From contig JANOEP010000066.1 of assembly GCA_031441465.1 (NCBI GenBank), forward strand, positions 32,001-96,000: 64,000 nt of DNA, given 5' to 3'. The stretch is from a bacterium. Lineage in GTDB: Bacteria; Krumholzibacteriota; Krumholzibacteriia; LZORAL124-64-63. The notes under the pieces are model-generated. The model made no database searches. It was not told where the DNA came from and was given only the letters and a program-made list of their open reading frames with translations. The position numbers and the translations under genes are program-made. Shown in pieces: positions 20,612 through 29,850 of the stretch (positions within the stretch are counted from its first letter, which is position 1; each line of letters begins with the position of its first letter).

Positions 20612-21871
20612 GTGCTGGACCGGAAATTCCTGCGCGAGAACAGGGATCGGGTGACCGCCGCCGTCGCCGCGAAGCGCGAGTCGGTGGACGTCGGCGCGTA
20701 CTACGACGCCGACGCGGCGCGCCGGGCCTGCCTGCAGGAGTACGAGGAGCTTCAGGCCGAGGCCAACCGGGCCAACAAGGCCATCGCCGCCGGCCGCAAG
20801 TCGGGCGGCGACACCGGCGCGGACATCGCGCGGATGAAGGAGATCTCCGTCCGCCTCAAGGATCTCAAGCAGGAGGCCGACGCCGCGGAAGCCGCCGTCG
20901 AGGGGCTCTACATGCGGCTGCCCAACCTGCCGCACGCCAGCGTGCGCGTCGGCGGCGAGCAGGACAACACGATCGTGCGCACCTGGGGCGAGGTGCCGGC
21001 GCCCGGCTTCGCCGTCAAGCCCCACTGGGATCTCGGCGCCGAACTCGGCATCCTGGATCTCGAAGCCGCGGCGCGGATGTCCGGATCCGGCTTCACCCTG
21101 CTCACCGGGCAGGGCGCCCGCCTCGAGCGGGCCCTGATCAACTTCATGATCGACGTGCACCTCGAGCAGGGCTACGTCGAGGTCAACGCGCCGTACCTCG
21201 TCAACCGCGACGCGATGACCGGCACCGGGCAGCTGCCCAAGCTCGAAGAGGACATGTACGCCTGCCCGCAGGACGGTCTGTTCCTGATCCCGACGGCCGA
21301 GGTCCCGGTCACCAACATGCACCGCCAGTCGACGCTGGACTGGGAGCGCCTGCCCCTGAAGTACGTGGCCTTCTCGCCCTGCTTCCGACGCGAGGCGGGA
21401 GCGGCCGGCAAGGACACCCGCGGGCTGCTGCGCGTGCACCAGTTCCACAAGGTGGAGATGGTGCAGTTCGTGCGGCCCGGGACCTCCTACGAGGTCCTCG
21501 AATCCCTGACCGACGACGCCGAGGAAATCCTGCGCCGGCTGGGGCTGCCGTACCGCGTCGTGGCGCTGGCCTCGGGCGACCTGAGCTTCGCCGCGGCCAA
21601 GTGCTACGACCTGGAGGCGTGGGCCGCGGGCGTCGGCAAGTGGCTGGAGGTCTCCAGCTGCAGCAACTTCGAGGACTTCCAGGCCCGCCGCGCCGGGATC
21701 CGCGCCAAGGGACCCGACGGCGCCGTCTTCGTCCACACCCTCAACGGCTCCGGCCTCGCCCTGCCCCGCGTGATGGTGGCGATCCTCGAAAACTACCAGA
21801 CGCCCGACGGGCGCGTCCGCGTGCCCGAGGTCCTGCGCCCCTACCTGGGCGGCCTCGAACACCTCGGGTAA
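20612..21871 (+). CDS. serS: Serine--tRNA ligase
   Basis: [67 protein letters not shown]. Confidence 0.96.
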   Translation: MLDRKFLRENRDRVTAAVAAKRESVDVGAYYDADAARRACLQEYEELQAEANRANKAIAAGRKSGGDTGADIARMKEISVRLKDLKQEADAAEAAVEGLYMRLPNLPHASVRVGGEQDNTIVRTWGEVPAPGFAVKPHWDLGAELGILDLEAAARMSGSGFTLLTGQGARLERALINFMIDVHLEQGYVEVNAPYLVNRDAMTGTGQLPKLEEDMYACPQDGLFLIPTAEVPVTNMHRQSTLDWERLPLKYVAFSPCFRREAGAAGKDTRGLLRVHQFHKVEMVQFVRPGTSYEVLESLTDDAEEILRRLGLPYRVVALASGDLSFAAAKCYDLEAWAAGVGKWLEVSSCSNFEDFQARRAGIRAKGPDGAVFVHTLNGSGLALPRVMVAILENYQTPDGRVRVPEVLRPYLGGLEHLG

Positions 21872-21880
21872 GGAGACGGC

Positions 21881-23131
21881 ATGGCCTGGTGGCCCGGGAC
21901 ATTGCGGTTCCTGCGCAGGCGCCGGGTCTTCACCGCCTACGTGCTGGCCGGCAGCCTGGCGATCCTGATGATCGTCGGCTGGGGGGCTTACCGCCTCGCC
22001 GGCCGGGTCGAACAGCAGGCGCAGCTCTCGACCTGGCTGCTGTCGCACTTCGCCAGCGTCCATCTCGGGCAGGGACAGGGGGGCGGGCTGCAGGAGGTCC
22101 TGATCCGCTCGCGCGAGCTGGACGTGCCGTTCATCGTGACCGACAACCAGGGCCGCCCTCTGCTCTGGAACTCGCCGGTCGTGGGCATCCCGATGCCGGA
22201 TTCGCTGGAGACGTTGGCGCGCGTGAACCCGGCCGGCGGCAACGGCGAGGACATCGACCGGATCCTGGCGCTGGTGCGGCAGTACGACGCCCGCAACGAG
22301 CCGTTCGCCATCACGGACCCGCGCAGCGGCCAGCGCGTGCTGACGCTGCACTACGGCGCCTCGGCCCTCGGCCGCCAGATCCGCTGGCTGCCCTACGCCG
22401 AGCTGGCGCTGCTGGCGGTCTTCTTCCTGCTGATCGTCTGGGCCCTGAGCCTGCAGCGCGAGGGTCACGAACAGAAGCTCTTCGCCGGCATGGCCAAGGA
22501 GACGGCCCACCAGCTGGGCACGCCCATCACCTCGATCATGGGTTGGCTGGAGATCCTGCGCGACCGCCGGCCCGACGACATCGTCGAGGAACTCGGCCGC
22601 GACGTGGCCCGCCTGGGCAAGGTGTCCGAGCGCTTCAGCCAGATCGGGTCGCGCCCCCAGCTCGCGGACGCCGATCTCGCGGCGACCGTCGAGACGACCG
22701 TCGCCTACTTCCGGCGCCGGCTGCCCCACCTCGGCGGCCGCGTCGCGATCACGGTCGAGGATCGCCACGTCCGCGGCTGCCGGTTCAACCGGGACCTGCT
22801 GGAGTGGGTGCTCGAGAACCTGATCAAGAACGGCATCGACGCGATGAAGGACGGCGTGGGCGAGATCGTGCTGTCCCTGGACGACGGGCCCGACGGCGCG
22901 GTCCTGCTGCGGGTCCGGGACACCGGCTGCGGCATCGCGCCCCAGCACCGGAACCGCATCTTCGAGGCCGGGTATACGACCAAGAGCCGCGGTTGGGGGA
23001 TGGGGCTGGCCCTGGTCAGGCGCATCGTCGTGCAGTACCACCGCGGGCGCATCCAGATCGAGGAGACGGGCGCGGGGGGGACCACCTTCCTGATCACGCT
23101 GCCGGGAGAGGAGCCGTTTGACGCCGTATAG
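21881..23131 (+). CDS. Membrane sensor histidine kinase
   Basis: Two TM segments; H-box AKETAHQLGTPITS; N-box ENLIKNGIDA; DTGCG; GWGMGLALV. Confidence 0.9.
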   Translation: MAWWPGTLRFLRRRRVFTAYVLAGSLAILMIVGWGAYRLAGRVEQQAQLSTWLLSHFASVHLGQGQGGGLQEVLIRSRELDVPFIVTDNQGRPLLWNSPVVGIPMPDSLETLARVNPAGGNGEDIDRILALVRQYDARNEPFAITDPRSGQRVLTLHYGASALGRQIRWLPYAELALLAVFFLLIVWALSLQREGHEQKLFAGMAKETAHQLGTPITSIMGWLEILRDRRPDDIVEELGRDVARLGKVSERFSQIGSRPQLADADLAATVETTVAYFRRRLPHLGGRVAITVEDRHVRGCRFNRDLLEWVLENLIKNGIDAMKDGVGEIVLSLDDGPDGAVLLRVRDTGCGIAPQHRNRIFEAGYTTKSRGWGMGLALVRRIVVQYHRGRIQIEETGAGGTTFLITLPGEEPFDAV

Positions 23132-24674
23132 GATCCTGTGGGTCGACGACCAGATCGAGGAGCTGCGCTCCCACGTCGTGTACCTGACCGAGAAGGGCTA
23201 CCAGGTGGACGGCGTCAACAACGGGCGCGACGCCGTCGCCATGCTGGCCGGCGCGCGTTACGACGCGGTGCTGCTGGACGAGATGATGCCGGGCATGGGC
23301 GGCCTCGAGACGCTGGTCGAGATCAAGAAGGTGCGCGAGAGCGTGCCGGTGATCATGATCACCAAGAGCGAGGAGGAGGACCTGATGCGGCGCGCCATCG
23401 GCAGCCGCATCGACGACTACCTGGTCAAGCCGGTCTCCCCGCTGCAGATCGTGTCGGCGCTGAAGCGGCTGCTCGAGGGCCGCCGCATCCTGGGCGAGCA
23501 GGTCAACCGCGACTATCTCGCCCACTACGGCACCGTCGGCGGGCGCCTGGCCCGCGCGACCGCGCCGGGCGACTGGGAGTCGCTCTACGCGGACATGGTG
23601 GGCTGGGCGCTGGACCTCTACGCCTACAGCGACCACGGCCTGCTGCAGGTCCACGACGAGCAGCTCGCGGAGTGCAACCGGGCCTTCGCGCGCTTCGTCC
23701 GCGACAACTACGCGCGGTGGGTCGGCGGCGCCGCGGACGCGCCGCTGATGTGCCCCGACCTCTTCCGCACCTGGGTGGCGCCGGAGATCGAGACCGGCCG
23801 CCAGGTGTTCTGGATCGTCATCGACTGCATGCGGCTGGACCAGTGGCGCCACGTCGAGGACCTGCTGGAGCCCTACTACCACCTCGAGCGCCGGCAGTAC
23901 TGGTCGATCCTGCCCTCGGCGACGCCGTTCGCGCGCAACGCCCTGTTCGCCGGGCTCTACCCCCGCGAGATCGCCGCGCGCTACCCGGACTGGTGGCGCG
24001 GGTCGAGCCAGCAGCAGCATTCCAAGAACGCCCACGAGGACGAGCTGCTCGGCGAGCAGCTGCGCCGGCTGGGCTCCGCCGCGGCCAACAGCTACAAGTA
24101 CTACAAGGTGTTCGACGCCCGCGACAGCGACGACCTCCGCAAGCACGTCGGCTCGCTCGACGGCGTGCGCCTGGTGGCCGCCGTCTACAACTTCCTGGAC
24201 ATCATGGCCCACGGCCGGTCCCAGTCCGCGATCCTCAAGGAACTGGCGCCGGACGTGGCGGCCTTCCGTTCGCTGATGCGCAGCTGGTTCGAGCACTCCA
24301 CGCTCTACGAGGTGCTGAAGATGCTGGCGCGCCGCAACGTCACGGTCTTCATCACCACCGACCACGGCTCGACGTGCTGCACGCGGGCCACGACGGTCAA
24401 GGGCAACCGCGACACGAGTTCCAACGTGCGCTACAAGTACGGCGACAACCTCGGCGTGGACGAGAGGGCGGTCTTCCTGATCAAGGACCCGGAGAGCTGC
24501 ATGCTCCCGCGCCAGTCGACCATCGAGAACTACGCGGTCACGACCGAGAACGACTACCTGGTCTACCCCACCAACTTCCACGAGTACGAGCGCCTGTACC
24601 GCGGCAGCTTCCAGCACGGAGGCATCAGCCTCGAGGAGCTGATCATCCCGTTCGCGGTCCTGCGCCCGCGCTAG
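23118..24674 (+). CDS. PorX-like response regulator with PglZ/alkaline-phosphatase-fold output domain
   Basis: ILWVDD, LLDEMMPG, MITKSEEE receiver; IDCMRLDQW, SILPSATPFARNALFAG, ITTDHG, SFQHGGISLEE. Confidence 0.88.
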   Translation: MTPYRILWVDDQIEELRSHVVYLTEKGYQVDGVNNGRDAVAMLAGARYDAVLLDEMMPGMGGLETLVEIKKVRESVPVIMITKSEEEDLMRRAIGSRIDDYLVKPVSPLQIVSALKRLLEGRRILGEQVNRDYLAHYGTVGGRLARATAPGDWESLYADMVGWALDLYAYSDHGLLQVHDEQLAECNRAFARFVRDNYARWVGGAADAPLMCPDLFRTWVAPEIETGRQVFWIVIDCMRLDQWRHVEDLLEPYYHLERRQYWSILPSATPFARNALFAGLYPREIAARYPDWWRGSSQQQHSKNAHEDELLGEQLRRLGSAAANSYKYYKVFDARDSDDLRKHVGSLDGVRLVAAVYNFLDIMAHGRSQSAILKELAPDVAAFRSLMRSWFEHSTLYEVLKMLARRNVTVFITTDHGSTCCTRATTVKGNRDTSSNVRYKYGDNLGVDERAVFLIKDPESCMLPRQSTIENYAVTTENDYLVYPTNFHEYERLYRGSFQHGGISLEELIIPFAVLRPR

Positions 24675-24684
24675 GAGGCACGGC

Positions 24685-25194
24685 ATGGAGCACGTCCTGC
24701 CGGACCCCCGGGGATTCCCGGTCGCGGTGCGGACCGGATCGCCGGCGGCGTCCGACGCGCTGGGCGCACGGGCGGCGGGCCTGCTGCGCGGCGGCGAGAC
24801 GCTGCTGCTCTGGGGCCCGCTCGGCGCCGGCAAGACGACTTTCGCGCAGGGTCTCTGCCGCGGCCTCGGCATCGACGGGGAAGTGACGTCGCCCACCTTC
24901 GCCCTGGCCAACCGGCTCGAGGGCCGCCTCGTCGTCCACCACCTTGACTGTTACCGCCTCGGACCCGGCGACGACCTGCACGACATCGGCCTGGACGCGA
25001 TCCTCGACGAGGTCGAGTCCGGAAGCGCCGTCCTGCTCGCCGAGTGGCCCGACCCGCTGGTGCCCTGGCTCCGCGACCGGATCGAACTGCTGGCGACGCC
25101 GGGCGAAGAGCCGGAGTCGCGCGTCTGGCGGCTGCGCGGCGTGCCGGAATTGCCCGGTCCCTGGGCCGCGTTGGCGACGGGAGGCGACGGCTGA
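24685..25194 (+). CDS. tsaE: tRNA t6A biosynthesis ATPase
   Basis: GPLGAGKTTF, VTSPTF, HLDCYRL, LAEWP. Confidence 0.92.
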   Translation: MEHVLPDPRGFPVAVRTGSPAASDALGARAAGLLRGGETLLLWGPLGAGKTTFAQGLCRGLGIDGEVTSPTFALANRLEGRLVVHHLDCYRLGPGDDLHDIGLDAILDEVESGSAVLLAEWPDPLVPWLRDRIELLATPGEEPESRVWRLRGVPELPGPWAALATGGDG

Positions 25195-25982
25195 TGCTGT
25201 GCCTGGCCCTGGACACCTCGACGCCCTCGGGCCGCTTCGCGCTGGCGGAGCACGGCCGGCTGGTCGGCTACCACCCGCGCAACGTGACCGGGAGCTACGC
25301 CAACGCGCTGCTCGCGGCCATCGACACGTTGTTGGCGGAGTCCGGCCGCGACCGTGCCGAACTTGGTGCTGTGGGGGTGTGCCGCGGGCCCGGCAGCTTC
25401 ACCGGCGTGCGCATCGGCGTGGCGACCGCCAAGGCCCTGGCCTTCGCCCTGCGCCTCCCGCTGTACGCAGTCTCCACGCTGGAGGCGATGGCCGCCGCGA
25501 TGCTGGCCGAGCGGCCGGACCGCGACTGGGCCGTGCCGGCGCTGGACGCGCGCCGCGGCGAGGTGTACGCCGGCGTCTACCGCCGCGACGGCGAGTGGGT
25601 CCGCGCCGCCGCCGAGCCCTGCGCGCTGACGGCCGCCGGCTGGTGGGAGCGGGCGCTGGCGGTCGTGGGCGACCCGGAGGCTCCGGTCTACGCCGGCAGC
25701 GGCACCGCTCCGCTGCTGGGCGAGGGGCCCGGGCTGCGTCCCGAACTCGCGGACCGCGGCGAACCCCGCCTGCGCAGCTGGAGCGCCGCGCACCCGCCCA
25801 CGGCCAAGGCCCTCGCACTGGTCATGGCGTCGCCCTCGCCCCGCCTCGAGACCGTCAACCCGTACACGCTGACCCCGTCGTACCTGCGCGCCTCGGACGC
25901 CGAGCTGCTGCGCGGGCTCGACCTCACGCCCGCGGCGCCGCCGCGCCGGCCGCCAGGCGGCGACGGCGTGCCGCCGTCATGA
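25194..25982 (+). CDS. tsaB: tRNA t6A biosynthesis protein
   Basis: LALDTST, GPGSFTGVRIG, DARRGEVY; ATG overlapping tsaE stop. Confidence 0.92.
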   Translation: MLCLALDTSTPSGRFALAEHGRLVGYHPRNVTGSYANALLAAIDTLLAESGRDRAELGAVGVCRGPGSFTGVRIGVATAKALAFALRLPLYAVSTLEAMAAAMLAERPDRDWAVPALDARRGEVYAGVYRRDGEWVRAAAEPCALTAAGWWERALAVVGDPEAPVYAGSGTAPLLGEGPGLRPELADRGEPRLRSWSAAHPPTAKALALVMASPSPRLETVNPYTLTPSYLRASDAELLRGLDLTPAAPPRRPPGGDGVPPS

Positions 25983-26431
25983 ACGGCGGCGATGAGATCC
26001 TGCTGCGGGAGGGCGTCCCGACCGACCTGCACGCGATCGCGCGGCTGGAGCGCTCCTGCTTCTCCGATCCCTGGCCCCAGGAAGCCCTGCTCTCCGAACT
26101 GCGCGTCGACCGCCTGCGGCGGCCGCTGGTCGCCGAAAACGACGGCACCGTGGTGGGTTTCCTGATGGCCTGGTCGGTCGCCGACGAGCTGCACATCATC
26201 AACCTCGCCGTGGACGAGGCCTGGCGGCGCCGGCACGTCGGCACGCGGCTGCTGGAAGCGGCGATCGAAGCCGGCCGCGGGGAAGGCAGCGTGCTGGCGA
26301 CGCTTGAGGTGCGCGCCGGCAACCTGCCGGCCCGGGCCTTCTACCAGCGGCACGGGTTCCTAGAAATCGGCCTGCGACGGCGCTACTACCAGGACGGCGA
26401 GGACGCCGTGATCATGACGCGCCAGCTGTAG
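25979..26431 (+). CDS. rimI: Ribosomal protein S18 alanine N-acetyltransferase
   Basis: FSDPW, ELHIINLAV, TLEVRAGN, RRRYYQDGEDAVIM. Confidence 0.88.
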   Translation: MNGGDEILLREGVPTDLHAIARLERSCFSDPWPQEALLSELRVDRLRRPLVAENDGTVVGFLMAWSVADELHIINLAVDEAWRRRHVGTRLLEAAIEAGRGEGSVLATLEVRAGNLPARAFYQRHGFLEIGLRRRYYQDGEDAVIMTRQL

Positions 26432-26544
26432 TTGACGCCGTGAGCTGGCTTTACGGCGAGTCGGGTTTTCCGCCTTGTCGCTGCCGGGACGAGACGTTAA
26501 TCTGGACTGCCCGCTGGGGGAATCCGCACACCGAGGAGGCCGCC

Positions 26545-27426
26545 GTGTCTTGGATCGACCAGGCGAAGAAGGGCATCCGGGCCATCACGGCCGAGAAGAA
26601 GGAGATCCCTGACAACCTGTGGAGCAAGTGCCCGGCCTGCGCCGACGTGCTCTACCACCGCGAGCTGGCGCGCAACCTCTGGGTCTGCGGCAACTGCAAC
26701 CACCACCTGCGCCTGACCACCGAACAGTACCGGGACCTGCTCTGCGACCCCGGCACCTGGCAGGAGACCCACACCGGCATCACCTCCAAGGATCCCCTGG
26801 GGTTCAAGGACTCCAAGAGCTACGAGGAGCGGATCAAGGCCACGCTGAAGAAGACGGGCCGCGAGGACGCCATCGTGGTGGGCGGCGCCGAGATCGACGG
26901 TCTGCCGGTCCAACTCGGCATCATGGACTTCGACTTCATGGGCGGCAGCATGGGCTCGGTGGTCGGCGAGAAGATCGCCCGCATGCTCCTGGACGCCCTG
27001 CGCGAGCGGCAGGCCGCGATCATCGTGTCGCGCTCCGGCGGCGCGCGCATGCAGGAATCCCTGCTGTCGTTGATGCAGATGGCCAAGACCAGCGCCGTGC
27101 TCTCCCGCCTGCGCGAGGAGGGCATCCCCTTCATTTCGATCCTGACCAACCCGACCACCGGCGGCGTCACCGCCAGCTACGCCTCGCTCGGGGACGTGAA
27201 CATCGCGGAGCCGAAGGCGCTGATCGGCTTCGCCGGCCCCCGCGTGATCCAGCAGACCATCAACAGCGAGCTGCCCGAAGGCTTCCAGTCGTCCGAGTTC
27301 CTGCTCGAGCACGGCATGATCGACATGATCGTTCCGCGCAAGGAACTCCGGACCCGCCTGGCCGCGATCCTGCACTGGTTCGTCGACGACCGCGACGTCT
27401 CGGTCCCGCGCGCCGGTCTCGGTTGA
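26545..27426 (+). CDS. accD: Acetyl-CoA carboxylase carboxyltransferase beta subunit
   Basis: LWSKCPAC...CGNC zinc finger, FMGGSMGSVVGEKI, SGGARMQE, PTTGGVTAS, FAGPRVI; GAGGAGG RBS. Confidence 0.95.
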   Translation: MSWIDQAKKGIRAITAEKKEIPDNLWSKCPACADVLYHRELARNLWVCGNCNHHLRLTTEQYRDLLCDPGTWQETHTGITSKDPLGFKDSKSYEERIKATLKKTGREDAIVVGGAEIDGLPVQLGIMDFDFMGGSMGSVVGEKIARMLLDALRERQAAIIVSRSGGARMQESLLSLMQMAKTSAVLSRLREEGIPFISILTNPTTGGVTASYASLGDVNIAEPKALIGFAGPRVIQQTINSELPEGFQSSEFLLEHGMIDMIVPRKELRTRLAAILHWFVDDRDVSVPRAGLG

Positions 27427-27430
27427 CGGC

Positions 27431-28846
27431 ATGCCGCTGCGGCCCGACCCGACGCGCGACGGCGCCTCCCATCCAGGCGAACCCGGCATCGGGCCGGACT
27501 TCGCGCCGCCGTTCGCCCCCGACTCCGAGACGACCCGCTGGCTGTTCGACCTGAACCGGCTGGGCATCCGTCCCGGGTTGCGCCGGATCCGCGGCCTGCT
27601 CGACGAGCTCGGCCGCCCCGAGCAGGGCATGATCTCGCTCGTCGTGGCCGGCACCAACGGCAAGGGCAGCACGACGCGCCTGCTCGCGCGCCTGCTGCAG
27701 GAGGCGGGCTACCGCACGGCCTGCTACACCAGCCCCCACCTGCTCACCATGTACGAGCGGCTGGAAATCGACGGCGTGCCCGTCGACCGCGAGTATTTCC
27801 GCAGCCTCATCGAAGGGTTGCGCCCCGCGGTCGAACGCCACGAGGCGAGCTGGTTCGAGACCCTGACGGCCGCCTCGCTGGCCGCGGCGCGCGACCGCGG
27901 CGTGGAGGTCTTCTGCTGCGAGGCGGGCCTCGGCGGGCGGCTCGACGCCAGCAACGCGCTGCCGGCCGCGGCGATCCTGTTGACCGGCGTGTCGCTGGAC
28001 CACCAGGCGATCCTGGGCGAGACGATCGCGGCCATCGCCGCCGAGAAGCTCGGCCTGCTCAAGCCCGGCGTGCCGCTGTTCTGCGCCGTCGCCGACGAAC
28101 TCAAGGCCCAGGCCTTCGCCGCCGCCGTGGCCGCGGGCAGCCCGGCCCACTTCCTGGACGAACTGACGCGCTGCGAGGTCGGCGACGCGGGCTGGGACCT
28201 CACGACGCGGCGCGCCGTGTACCGCGGCCTGCCGTCCTATGCGGCGCCGGCGATGCGGCGCAACGCCGCCCTGGCGCTGCTCGCCCTGGAGGAGCTGGCC
28301 GCCGCCGGCGTGGTGCGCCCGACGCCCGATCCCGTCGGGGCGCTGTCCCGCGCCTTCCTGCCCGGCCGCTTCCAGCGCGTCCTGAGCGGGCCGGACTGGA
28401 TCCTGGACACCGCCCACAACGCCGAGGCGCTCGCCGTGTCGCTCGGGGCCTTCCTCGAGCGTCCCTGCGCGGGACGCCGCCTGGTCCTGTTCAGCGGGAT
28501 GATCGACAAGGACCCCGGCGACGAGACCGGCCGGCTGCTCGCGCGGACGGACCGGATCGTCCTGGCCCCGGTGTCGCTGCCCCGATCCCGGAACCCCGAA
28601 CAGTTGAAATCGTTGATGGACCGGTGGGGCCTCGCTGCGCATCATGGCGCCGTCGTGCTGGACGGCGTGGCGGCGGCGATCGACGACCTGGCGACTGCGG
28701 GGCCCGAAGACGCCGTCCTGGTCTGCGGTTCCTGCTTCCTCGTGGCCGAAGTCCTGCACGAATTGGGATACCGCTCCCTGGACGAGACCCGGTCGCCCCG
28801 CGACGCGGCCGCGGCGCTGGCCGCCCGCACGGAAGGACGCTCATGA
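27431..28846 (+). CDS. folC: Folylpolyglutamate synthase/dihydrofolate synthase
   Basis: VAGTNGKGST, YTSPHL, EAGLGGRLDASN, LDTAHN. Confidence 0.9.
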   Translation: MPLRPDPTRDGASHPGEPGIGPDFAPPFAPDSETTRWLFDLNRLGIRPGLRRIRGLLDELGRPEQGMISLVVAGTNGKGSTTRLLARLLQEAGYRTACYTSPHLLTMYERLEIDGVPVDREYFRSLIEGLRPAVERHEASWFETLTAASLAAARDRGVEVFCCEAGLGGRLDASNALPAAAILLTGVSLDHQAILGETIAAIAAEKLGLLKPGVPLFCAVADELKAQAFAAAVAAGSPAHFLDELTRCEVGDAGWDLTTRRAVYRGLPSYAAPAMRRNAALALLALEELAAAGVVRPTPDPVGALSRAFLPGRFQRVLSGPDWILDTAHNAEALAVSLGAFLERPCAGRRLVLFSGMIDKDPGDETGRLLARTDRIVLAPVSLPRSRNPEQLKSLMDRWGLAAHHGAVVLDGVAAAIDDLATAGPEDAVLVCGSCFLVAEVLHELGYRSLDETRSPRDAAAALAARTEGRS

Positions 28847-29850
28847 ACCGTTCGCTGACCCTCGGCGCCGACGTCGGCGGGACGTACGTCAAGTACGCCC
28901 TGGGCGACGACGACGAACCGGGACGCTGGACGGGCGAGGTGCCCACCGATCCCGCGTCGCCCGCGGTCACGCTCGGGCGGCTCGCCGCGCGGATCACCGA
29001 GCTGCTGCCGCCCGGCGGCCGGGTGGGCGCCGCGGGGCTGGCCTGCGCGGGCATCGTCGACGTGCAGGCCGGCCGACTGGGCCGGGCGCCCAACCTGCCG
29101 GGCTGGGAAGGCGCCGATCTCGCGGGGTTGCTGCGCGCGGCGTTCCCCGGCGCCGCGATCGCGCTGGCCAACGACGTCAACGCCGCGCTGGCCGGCGAAG
29201 CCCGGTTCGGCGCGGGCAGGGACGGCGGGGCGCGGAGCGGCCGCGACTTGATCATGTTCGCCCTGGGCACCGGCGTCGGCGGGGCGGTGATGATCGAGGG
29301 GCGCCTGCTCGTCGGGCACCGCTTCGGCGCCGGCGAGTTCGGCCACATGATCCTCGATCCGACCGGTCCCCTCTGCGGCTGCGGGAACCGGGGTTGCCTC
29401 GAGGCCTATGCCGGCACCCGCGGCCTGCTCGCCGCCGCGCGCCGCCGCACCGCGGCGCCGGACTGCTCGCCGGGACTGCGCGCGCTGGCCGAGGACCGTG
29501 GCGAGGCGTTGACCACGCGCGACCTCGCCGATCTGGCTCCCGACGACTGCGACGCCGCGGCCTTGTTCCGCGAGGCGGGCGAACGCCTCGGCCAGGCCGT
29601 GGGCAACCTGTTGAACGTGCTGGACCCCGACCTGGTGATCATCGGCGGCGGCTTGGCCGCGGCCGGCGAGTTGCTGCTGGGCCCTTGCCGGGAGAAGGCC
29701 GCCGCGGTTGTCCTGTGCGCGGCGGCCCGGACCACCCCGATCGTGCCGGCGGAGCTGGGGTCCGCCGCGGCCGCGCTGGGCGCGGCCCACCTCGCCGCAG
29801 TCAACACGGTCGCCGCCCGCCCCGCCGACCAGGCGCGGGAGACGCCGTGA
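28843..29850 (+). CDS. ROK family sugar kinase (glucokinase-like)
   Basis: GADVGGT, NDVNAA, LGTGVGG, GEFGHM, CGCGNRGCLE. Confidence 0.9.
   Translation: MNRSLTLGADVGGTYVKYALGDDDEPGRWTGEVPTDPASPAVTLGRLAARITELLPPGGRVGAAGLACAGIVDVQAGRLGRAPNLPGWEGADLAGLLRAAFPGAAIALANDVNAALAGEARFGAGRDGGARSGRDLIMFALGTGVGGAVMIEGRLLVGHRFGAGEFGHMILDPTGPLCGCGNRGCLEAYAGTRGLLAAARRRTAAPDCSPGLRALAEDRGEALTTRDLADLAPDDCDAAALFREAGERLGQAVGNLLNVLDPDLVIIGGGLAAAGELLLGPCREKAAAVVLCAAARTTPIVPAELGSAAAALGAAHLAAVNTVAARPADQARETP

Noticed and set aside
20612..21871. serS, Met gamma-lyase and TerB as parts of the selenium system
   Set aside because: They sit in ordinary housekeeping context far from the cluster, and I saw no copy of the operator motif near them.
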